Positions 25,202-32,000 of a stretch of 32,000 bases of DNA are shown here, one piece after another. The position numbers and the translations under genes were made by a program. The stretch is taken from NCBI RefSeq assembly GCF_000008565.1, contig NC_001264.1, forward strand, positions 348,347-380,346, in the 5' to 3' direction. This DNA comes from Deinococcus radiodurans R1 = ATCC 13939 = DSM 20539 (GTDB lineage Bacteria; Deinococcota; Deinococci; Deinococcales; Deinococcaceae). The notes beneath the pieces were generated by a model, which worked only from the letters and a program-made list of their open reading frames with translations, was not told the DNA's origin and did not search any database. Positions within the stretch are counted from its first letter, which is position 1. Each line of letters begins with the position of its first letter.

Positions 25202-26509
25202 ATGTCGAAGCTCTCCCTCACCCTCCTGGCTTCCCTCACTTCCGCCCTGCTGCTTGCCGGGTGCGGACAGGTCGCTCCGACCATCGCCCGCCCTGTTGCC
25301 ACGCAGGCTGCCACTGTGGCGACGGTCAGCATCAAGCCGGGCGATACGCCCGCAGCTGTGGAGGCCATGACCGGGGGCAAGGTCCTGCTATGGAACGCCG
25401 AGGGCTGCGACGATCACTGCACCGCTGTGGTCAGCCTGACTCAGTCAAAGTTGATGGCGCAGGGCCTTAACGTGGGCCGCCACATTTCTGTCGAAGCCAA
25501 CCACAACCGAGTCAAGAACCTGGGTGCCCGGCCCATCTGGATCTGGTCGGTAGGGATGCAGTCAGCCGAGCCCATGCGGGGCTTGGGCGCCCGGCCCATC
25601 TGGATCTGGGGGGGCAACCTCTGGCAAGACGGGCAGTACCAGCCCTTGCCGGAAAATACGGCGGCGTGGCAGCAGATCGGTTTGCCCGCCGCGCAGGCCA
25701 GTGCCCCCAATGCGGGCAAATCGCAGGTCATCGCCGTGATCGACACTGGCGTCGACCTGGAGCACCCCGCTCTCAAGGGCGCCCTGACCCCCGCCTCGAC
25801 CTGGCTCGATCTGGTTGACGGCGACACGCTGCCGCAAGACGACGGGGAACTCGGCACGGGCGGCGTGGGCCACGGTACGGCGGTCGCCGGCATCGCGACC
25901 CAGGTGGCTCCGATGGTCCAGATCATGCCTGTTCGTGCGCTGGGGACCGACGGCTCGGGCGACATCAGCGCGGTGGTGCAGGCGATCGTGTGGGCGGTCG
26001 ATCACGGCGCCAACATCATCAACTTGAGCCTGGGCAGCAATGAAGCCTCGGAAGCCCTGCAAAGTGCCGTGCGCTACGCCGACGAAAAGGGAGTCGCTGT
26101 GGTCGCCGCCGCAGGAAATGCGGGCAATAATGAACTGACCTACCCCGCCGCTTATGCCCGCACGAGTGCTGGCCTGCTGAGCGTCGGCAGTGTCTCAGAC
26201 AGTGACGTGAAGTCGGGCTTTTCCAACTACGCCGCCTCGCTGGAGGTGCTGGCACCCGGTGAACGGATCGCGACCTACGCGCCGAACAATAAGCTCGCCC
26301 TGTGGACTGGAACGTCCATGTCGGCTCCAGTCGTTGCCGGGCTGCTGGCCCTGATGCAGGGCGAAAGACAGGCGGCCGGCGGGGAGAACGCTGTCACCGC
26401 ACACGCACATGACATTTCCGGTATTGCCCTGAACCAGCCCTTTACCGGTGGCCTGGGCTACGGACGAATTGACGCGGCCGCCACTGTGCTGGGGTGGAAA
26501 CAGCAGTAA
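25202..26509 (+). CDS. Subtilisin-like (S8) serine protease lipoprotein
   Basis: Lipobox MSKLSLTLLASLTSALLLAGC. The catalytic triad contexts are VIAVIDTGVD, GHGTAVAGIA and GTSMSAPVVAG. The ATG at 25202 follows AGAGG. Confidence 0.9.
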   Translation: MSKLSLTLLASLTSALLLAGCGQVAPTIARPVATQAATVATVSIKPGDTPAAVEAMTGGKVLLWNAEGCDDHCTAVVSLTQSKLMAQGLNVGRHISVEANHNRVKNLGARPIWIWSVGMQSAEPMRGLGARPIWIWGGNLWQDGQYQPLPENTAAWQQIGLPAAQASAPNAGKSQVIAVIDTGVDLEHPALKGALTPASTWLDLVDGDTLPQDDGELGTGGVGHGTAVAGIATQVAPMVQIMPVRALGTDGSGDISAVVQAIVWAVDHGANIINLSLGSNEASEALQSAVRYADEKGVAVVAAAGNAGNNELTYPAAYARTSAGLLSVGSVSDSDVKSGFSNYAASLEVLAPGERIATYAPNNKLALWTGTSMSAPVVAGLLALMQGERQAAGGENAVTAHAHDISGIALNQPFTGGLGYGRIDAAATVLGWKQQ

Positions 26510-26521
26510 GGACAGTAGGGT

Positions 26522-29104
26522 ATGTTGCTCAGGCTCCCTCTCCTGGACCTCACGCCCTTGCCCGCTCCCTTTTACGAACTGGCAAAGGACGTCGAGCAGT
26601 CCCTGATCACTGATCCTGAAAAAGCCAGAGAAGTCGCCGCCAAACTCCACGCCGCTACCGATACTGCTCAGGGACTGCACCGGGCCTACGCTGAACTGCT
26701 GCTGGCCCGGACCCTGCTGTCGACCCGGCAATGGCAGGCGGCGCTGGAAAGTTTTGAGAAGGCGCGGAAAAGTCTTCTCGCTCTTGAGCGCGCAGCACTC
26801 GTGGCACATGCCGTACTGGGCCGCGTTTATATTTTGCTCGGAACCGGACAGTACGCGGAGGCGAGTGCAGAAGCGGCAGAGCTCGAAGCCCAGCTTGCCA
26901 ACGGACCCGTTCAGGCTATGGAAATCCGTGCTTTGGCTCTCAATGCCATCGCTTACGCTGAATACGCTCAGGGACGACCTGTTCAGGCAATCAATCATCT
27001 GAAAGAGGCCCTGAAACTTCGTGAGCAACTCAGCCCCATTATCATTGCGGCGTGCCTCTGTAACCTTGGCATCAGCAACATTGAACAGGGCAACTACCGC
27101 GAGGCGATCTACTGGTTGATGGAAGCCTACCGGGCACATCCGGATTCCAACGAAGATCGCCAGCTCGAACTCGCCACGCTGACGAATCTGGCCTATGCGC
27201 ACTACCTCGCGGGGGACCTGTCGCTGGCGACAGAAATTACCCAGAAAGCCTATGCTGCCGCCGGCGAATGGCAAAGCTACAAGGTACGCGCCTACTCCGC
27301 GCTTAATCTGGGAACCTACAACACAGAACTTCAGCAGACCGGGCGCGCGCGCTCCTACCTGCAAGAAGCCCTGGTGCTTTCACAGACCCAGCCTGAGCTG
27401 ACCGCCGACGCTGTTTTACGTGCCAGCATTCTGGACAGTTTGGGCACCCTGGAACATCAGGACGGCAACAGTGAAAGCGCCCTGGAGCTGTATACCCGGG
27501 CACGGGAGATCGCGCAGAGAGACGAACTGCCCGCAGTAGAAGCCCTGACCCAGCTGAATATTGGGCGGATGCTGGGACAACTGGGAAGACCGGAGGCCCG
27601 GGCAGAACTGGAACGCGCCCTGGAACTGGCCGTGGCGGCGTGCCTATTCAAAGAACAGTTCGAGGCGCACACTGCCCTGGCCGAGCTGACTGCGGCGGCG
27701 GCGGACTGGCGCAGTGCGTACCGGCACCAGCAGGAGCTGACCCGCCTCAAATTGCACCTGCTCGAAGGCGAACACGAGCGGCAGCGCAAGGAGTTGAGGG
27801 CCGAACTCGACCTCGAACAGATGCGCCGTGAGGGTGAGCTATCGCGTGAGCGGCTCAAGATCGAGGTCGCGGCCCGCGAACGCGCCGAAGCCGAAACGCT
27901 GGAACGGACCCAGCAACTGGCGCAGGCGCAGCGGGAAGTGGTGCTGTGCCTCGCACTGGCTGCCGAGTACCGTGACAGTATTACCGGAGAGCACATCAAG
28001 CGGGTGGGCACCTTTGCAGCCCATATTGCGCTGGCGCTGGGCTGGAGCCAGGCTGACGCCGAACTGCTCATGCTTGCCTCAAGGCTGCACGACGTGGGCA
28101 AGATCGGGATTCCCGACAGCATCCTGCTCAAGCCCGGTAAGCTGACCGAAGTCGAGTACGTGCAGATGCAGGCCCACACATTGATCGGCAGTCAGATCCT
28201 GGGTCAAGGCAATTCGGCGCTGCTCAAACTTGCCCAGACCATTGCCCTGAGCCACCACGAACGCTGGAACGGCGAAGGCTATCCTTACGGTCTACATGGA
28301 GAAGCGATTCCACTGGCGGGGCGTATCGTGGCGGTCGCAGACGTGTACGACGCCCTGATTCAAAGACGTCCTTATAAAGCAGCTTGGACCCCAGAGCAGG
28401 CCGCCGCCGAACTCTCTGCCCAGGCCGGGCGCCACTTTGACCCGGCCCTCGTCGAGGTAGCACTGCGGATTCTCAATGACGTGCATTATTCGGTGGACGA
28501 GCTCAAGGAACTTGGACCCCCGACGGTGGGCCCAGCAGCAGCCTCACTGGAACGCGAACTGGCGCTCAGGACGCAGGAATTGCAGGAAGCCCGGAAAAAT
28601 GCCGGGGAGCTCCTGCAACTTGCCCTGTCGGACAGTTTGACCGGCCTGCACAACAGACGGGCGCTCGAACTTGACCTCGAGCAGCGGATTTACCCCGGCG
28701 CGGTGGACTTCTACATGACGTCGCTCGATCTGGACAGCCTGAAGGAAATCAACGACTCGCAGGGCCACCAGTACGGTGATCAGTTGCTGCGGCAATTTGC
28801 GTTGTGCTTGCGCCAGAGTTGCGCTGCCGGCAAGACTTACCGCATCGGCGGCGACGAGTTCGCCGTTTTGTGGAATCTGGACGTCACCGAGCAGGACATC
28901 GTCCAGGTCCTGCGGCGGTTGCCTCAGAATTTGCGGGTTACTGGACAGCCTGGTATCAGCTTCAGCTATGGGAGCGCCTGCTACAACAGAGATGCTGCCA
29001 CCGCCGGTGACCTGCTGCGCGTCAGCGACGCCCGGATGTACCGCATGAAAGTGGGGCGGCGCGGGGAAGAAACTGATTCTATATGGTTCAAGGAAGATCA
29101 CTGA
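26522..29104 (+). CDS. Multidomain c-di-GMP signalling protein: N-terminal TPR-like repeats, coiled coil, HD-GYP phosphodiesterase domain and GGDEF diguanylate cyclase domain
   Basis: The HD-GYP region has HDVGKIGIP and HHERWNGEGYPYGL. The GGDEF region has LTGLHNRR, an intact YRIGGDEF and SDARMYRMK. TPR-like helical repeats cover about the first 400 aa. The start lies 12 nt after the S8 gene stop. Confidence 0.88.
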   Translation: MLLRLPLLDLTPLPAPFYELAKDVEQSLITDPEKAREVAAKLHAATDTAQGLHRAYAELLLARTLLSTRQWQAALESFEKARKSLLALERAALVAHAVLGRVYILLGTGQYAEASAEAAELEAQLANGPVQAMEIRALALNAIAYAEYAQGRPVQAINHLKEALKLREQLSPIIIAACLCNLGISNIEQGNYREAIYWLMEAYRAHPDSNEDRQLELATLTNLAYAHYLAGDLSLATEITQKAYAAAGEWQSYKVRAYSALNLGTYNTELQQTGRARSYLQEALVLSQTQPELTADAVLRASILDSLGTLEHQDGNSESALELYTRAREIAQRDELPAVEALTQLNIGRMLGQLGRPEARAELERALELAVAACLFKEQFEAHTALAELTAAAADWRSAYRHQQELTRLKLHLLEGEHERQRKELRAELDLEQMRREGELSRERLKIEVAARERAEAETLERTQQLAQAQREVVLCLALAAEYRDSITGEHIKRVGTFAAHIALALGWSQADAELLMLASRLHDVGKIGIPDSILLKPGKLTEVEYVQMQAHTLIGSQILGQGNSALLKLAQTIALSHHERWNGEGYPYGLHGEAIPLAGRIVAVADVYDALIQRRPYKAAWTPEQAAAELSAQAGRHFDPALVEVALRILNDVHYSVDELKELGPPTVGPAAASLERELALRTQELQEARKNAGELLQLALSDSLTGLHNRRALELDLEQRIYPGAVDFYMTSLDLDSLKEINDSQGHQYGDQLLRQFALCLRQSCAAGKTYRIGGDEFAVLWNLDVTEQDIVQVLRRLPQNLRVTGQPGISFSYGSACYNRDAATAGDLLRVSDARMYRMKVGRRGEETDSIWFKEDH

Positions 29105-29135
29105 GCGGTCAGCAGTTTTCGGAAGAATCAACATC

Positions 29136-29183
29136 AAAAGTGCCGCTGTCATCCAGTCGAACCTGGGACAGCAGCACTTTTTT
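29136..29183. terminator. Bidirectional rho-independent terminator between convergent genes
   Basis: AAAAGTGCCGCTGTC-N16-GACAGCAGCACTTTT forms a 15-bp stem with one mismatch. An A-run lies on the left and a T-run (TTTTTT) on the right. Confidence 0.75.
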
Positions 29184-29199
29184 CAACAGGGGCGCTCGC

Positions 29200-30633
29200 T
29201 CAGCCAGCGACCTGCGCGGGCTTTTGCTTGGTCGGGAAAGCGCGCACCAGCTTCTGGTTGGTGAATTCGAGCATTCCCATCGAGGACAGCTCACGCCCGA
29301 AACCCGAGCGTTTGACGCCGCCGAAGGGCAGGTCAGCGGCGGAGGACGTGGGGTGGTTGATCCAGACCATGCCGGTGTCGAGGCGCTCGGCCACCCGCTG
29401 CGCCCGGTCGAGGTCGCTGCTGAACACCGCGCCGCCCAGCCCATAGGTCGAAGCGTTCGCCAGCGCTACGGCTTCGTCCTCGTCGCGCACGCGGTAGACG
29501 ACCGCCACCGGGCCGAACAGTTCCTCGTGGTAGGCGCGCATGTCGGGTGTCACGTCGGTGAGCACGGTAGGCTGCACGAAGGCGCCGGGATGCTCGGGTC
29601 GCTGCCCGCCCGCGACGACGGTCGCACCTTTGTCGATGGCGTCTTGCACCTGCGCCTGCAAGTCACGGGCGGCCTGTTCGGAAGACAGCGGCCCCAGGCG
29701 GGTCGAAGGGTCGGCGGGGTCGCCGGGCACGAAGGCCGAGAAGGTCTGACCCAGCCGGGACACGAACTCGTCGTACAGGTCGTCCACGACCATCAGGCGC
29801 TTGGCCGCGATGCAGGCCTGCCCGGTGTTGCTCAGGCGCCCCGTGGCCGCCGCCTTGACCGTCGTGTCGAGGTCCTCGGCGTCGAGCACGATGAAGGGGT
29901 CACTGCCGCCGAGTTCCAGCACGCACTTTTTCAGGTGCCGCCCCGCCAGTTCGGCCACGCTCGCCCCGGCGCGCTCGCTGCCGGTGAGCGACACGCCCTG
30001 TACGGCGGGGTGCGCGATGACCTGTTCGATGTCGGCAATCCGCAGAAACAGGTTGGTGTAGGCCCCCTGCGGCACGCCCGCGTCATGGAACAGTTGTTCG
30101 AGGGCGAGCGCCGACTGTGGGCAGAGTTCGGAGTGCTTGAGCAGCACCGTGTTGCCGACGACGAGGTTGGGCGCAGCAAAACGCACGACCTGATACAGCG
30201 GGTAGTTCCACGGCTCGATGCCGAGCAGGACGCCCAGCGGCGCGTGCAGCACGGCGGCTTCACCCTGCGGCACCGGGATGGTCTTGGGTTCGAGGAAGCT
30301 CGGGCCCTGCTCGCCGTAGTAGTTGAGGATGCTGGCGGCGAGCGCGACTTCGCCCTTGGCCTCGCGCAGCAGCTTGCCCATTTCGAGCGTGATCAGGCTG
30401 GCAAGTTCATCAGTGCGCTCGAGCATCAACTCGGCGGCGCGGCGCATGATCGCGGCCCGCTCCGTCACCGGGCGTTGGCCCCACTCGCGGTAGGCCTGGT
30501 CGGCGCGCTCGATGAGGGCCGGAATTTCGGCGCTCTCCAAAAAGGGAAAGGTCTTGACCGTTTCGCCGGTGTAGGGGTTGACAGTGGCAAAGGGACGCTC
30601 GGGACGGGCGGACGCTTGGGGGGTGGCAGTCAT
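29200..30633 (-). CDS. NAD(P)-dependent aldehyde dehydrogenase, succinate-semialdehyde dehydrogenase-like
   Basis: ALDH-superfamily motifs are present: catalytic Glu in [12 protein letters not shown], catalytic Cys in GQACIAAKR, and PWNYP. Length 477 aa. Confidence 0.85.
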   Translation of the reverse strand: MTATPQASARPERPFATVNPYTGETVKTFPFLESAEIPALIERADQAYREWGQRPVTERAAIMRRAAELMLERTDELASLITLEMGKLLREAKGEVALAASILNYYGEQGPSFLEPKTIPVPQGEAAVLHAPLGVLLGIEPWNYPLYQVVRFAAPNLVVGNTVLLKHSELCPQSALALEQLFHDAGVPQGAYTNLFLRIADIEQVIAHPAVQGVSLTGSERAGASVAELAGRHLKKCVLELGGSDPFIVLDAEDLDTTVKAAATGRLSNTGQACIAAKRLMVVDDLYDEFVSRLGQTFSAFVPGDPADPSTRLGPLSSEQAARDLQAQVQDAIDKGATVVAGGQRPEHPGAFVQPTVLTDVTPDMRAYHEELFGPVAVVYRVRDEDEAVALANASTYGLGGAVFSSDLDRAQRVAERLDTGMVWINHPTSSAADLPFGGVKRSGFGRELSSMGMLEFTNQKLVRAFPTKQKPAQVAG

Positions 30634-30813
30634 GGCTTCTCCTCAGTGCCTGGGGCGCGCCCAGGACAACACCGCGCACTAGACTCCCCCGGCGCGGCAA
30701 GGGTATGAGTGCCGGGTAAAGCCTTGAAGATACTGCTCTCTGTGGCCGCTCCTGGTTGTTGCCGACATTCCCGACAATGACACCTGCCCGAGCCGTGCGG
30801 GACAGTCGAGCTT

Positions 30814-31446
30814 CTACTCGGTCACGCGGTGGCTCACGCGCGGCGCCCCGACCCCGACGCGCCCCACCATTCGCCCCTGCACCTGCACCTGCTCGGCGGG
30901 AAAAGACAGGCGCGGCATGGCGGGGTTCTCGCTCGTCAGGAGGATGTCCTGGCCGAAGTGGTACAGCCGCTTGAGGGTCGCCGCATTGTCGCCGGGCACG
31001 AGGACCACCGCCACCTCGCCGTCGTGGACCTCGGGCGCCGGGCGCACCACCACGTAGTCGCCGTCCATCACGCCGATGCCGGTCATGCTTTCGCCGCGCA
31101 CCCGCAGCAAGAAATCGCCCGCTTTCAGGCCGAGCAGCGCCTCGATGCTGGGGGTAAAGTCCTCGGGCGACTGCTCGGCAAGGGCCGGGATGCCGGCGGC
31201 GATCTGGCCGTAGATCGGCAGCCCTTCGCCCAGCGCCGCCCGCGCCCGGTCCGTGACCTGCAACGGGCCGTAGCGCGTTTCGGCCGGCTGGAGGTAGCCG
31301 AGCTTGCGCAGGATGTTCACCTGCTGGCTGATTGCCTGCTTGGTGATGCCCACTTCCTGCGCCACCTGCCCCGCCGTGGCCCCCGCGCCCAGACGCAGGG
31401 TGGCTTGCAGGATGGAGCGGCGGGTGGGCGTCAGTTCAGGCGGCAT
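30814..31446 (-). CDS. lexA: LexA-family repressor / S24 autopeptidase (second LexA paralogue if this is D. radiodurans)
   Basis: The N-terminal wHTH is TPTRRSILQATLRL...TAGQVAQEVGITKQAISQQVNILRKLGYL. The Ala-Gly cleavage site context is GQIAAGIP. Catalytic Ser sits in RGESMTGIG and Lys in ATLKRL. The start is taken at ATG 31446. Confidence 0.88.
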   Translation of the reverse strand: MPPELTPTRRSILQATLRLGAGATAGQVAQEVGITKQAISQQVNILRKLGYLQPAETRYGPLQVTDRARAALGEGLPIYGQIAAGIPALAEQSPEDFTPSIEALLGLKAGDFLLRVRGESMTGIGVMDGDYVVVRPAPEVHDGEVAVVLVPGDNAATLKRLYHFGQDILLTSENPAMPRLSFPAEQVQVQGRMVGRVGVGAPRVSHRVTE

Positions 31447-31498
31447 GTGCGCGCAGTTTGCCGCACGCCTTGTCACGGGTCAAGCGGCGGCCCAACCG

Positions 31499-32000
31499 TC
31501 AGAATTGGCCTACGAGGAGCGCACCGTTCAGAAACGGGAGGTCAGAGAGTTTGAACGGAAAAGAATAGGGCTGACCGTCGTCCCTGACTGACAACTGGGT
31601 GGCCGCAGCTTCCGTGAGTTCGGAAGAAGGCACCAGAAAAGTCTCCTCTGCGGCGCCCGGATAACTGGCGATGAAGGCGTAGCGCTCGCCTAGGCGGCGG
31701 CTGACGTGCGCCCCGGCGCCCCACCAGTCGAGCGTCTGAGCCCCTATCTTCTGGGCCCCCATCTTCATACGGCTGAGCGGGCGTTGCAGGTGCAGGTTGT
31801 GGGCGAAGACCAGCGTCGGCCCGCACCGCTGCTCGCGCTCGGCAATGGCGAGCAGGTGCCCGGCCATCAGCAGGTCACGCGCGGCGAGCATCCGGGCAAT
31901 GCGGTCCGGGGCGGGGTCCGCCATCACCGCGTGGTAGCGGAGCAGGCCGGCAGCGGTGCGGGCGGCGAGTTGCGCCTCCCAGAAATCCGGCTGCTCGGCC
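31499..32000 (-). CDS. Erythromycin esterase (EreA/ChaN-like) family protein, C-terminal part; the gene continues past the window end
   Basis: The frame is open to position 32000 on the minus strand. The block RDLLMAGHLLAIAE....PTLVFAHNLHLQR resembles the family block RD..MAENL.W.......K.vvWAHN.H. Confidence 0.5.
   Translation of the reverse strand, partial: AEQPDFWEAQLAARTAAGLLRYHAVMADPAPDRIARMLAARDLLMAGHLLAIAEREQRCGPTLVFAHNLHLQRPLSRMKMGAQKIGAQTLDWWGAGAHVSRRLGERYAFIASYPGAAEETFLVPSSELTEAAATQLSVRDDGQPYSFPFKLSDLPFLNGALLVGQF

Noticed and set aside
30640-30680. A GC-rich near-palindrome, CCTGGGGCGCGCCCAGG, in the 5' leader of the aldehyde dehydrogenase gene.
   Set aside because: - It is short and imperfect, and such GC palindromes are frequent at this base composition.
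- There is no supporting context for an operator or attenuator.

Overview
High-GC bacterial DNA: hand counts give about 73% GC in typical coding lines, with two clearly lower-GC patches. Gene order and three copies of a roughly 130-190 bp small non-coding repeat suggest Deinococcus radiodurans chromosome II, in the region running up to lexA2. This assignment is from memory and is not verified. Almost all real genes lie on the + strand from 1 to 29104, followed by a short minus-strand block. In order, the window holds: (1) the 3' end of a urea/branched-chain-type ABC transporter (urtC', urtD, urtE), with a repeat inserted between urtD and urtE. (2) A lower-GC monocistronic gene for a lipoprotein with a PA domain and a PNGase F-like domain. 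(3) A translationally coupled five-gene operon: type III polyketide synthase, SAM methyltransferase, FAD monooxygenase, GT1 glycosyltransferase and a secreted two-HKD phospholipase-D-like protein, the last broken by a frameshift. (4) A repeat-flanked signalling locus: cytoplasmic vWA protein, zinc-ribbon Ser/Thr kinase, zinc-ribbon FHA protein, pseudokinase-PP2C phosphatase fusion, and a zinc-ribbon receptor kinase with an SH3b plus beta-helix ectodomain. (5) A divergent LysR regulator and glutaryl-CoA dehydrogenase, then a coupled kynU-kynA-formamidase tryptophan catabolic operon. (6) A lower-GC block with an S8 lipoprotein protease and a TPR/HD-GYP/GGDEF protein. (7) On the minus strand, a succinate-semialdehyde-dehydrogenase-like gene, a LexA paralogue and a partial erythromycin-esterase-like gene. 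The two best candidates for uncharacterised systems are the vWA/STK/FHA/PP2C/STK locus (10463-19440) and the srs-like phenolic-lipid operon extended by a glycosyltransferase and a PLD (4427-10139). The many long antisense ORFs in the supplied track are GC-driven shadow ORFs and were rejected. No tRNA, rRNA or CRISPR array was seen.
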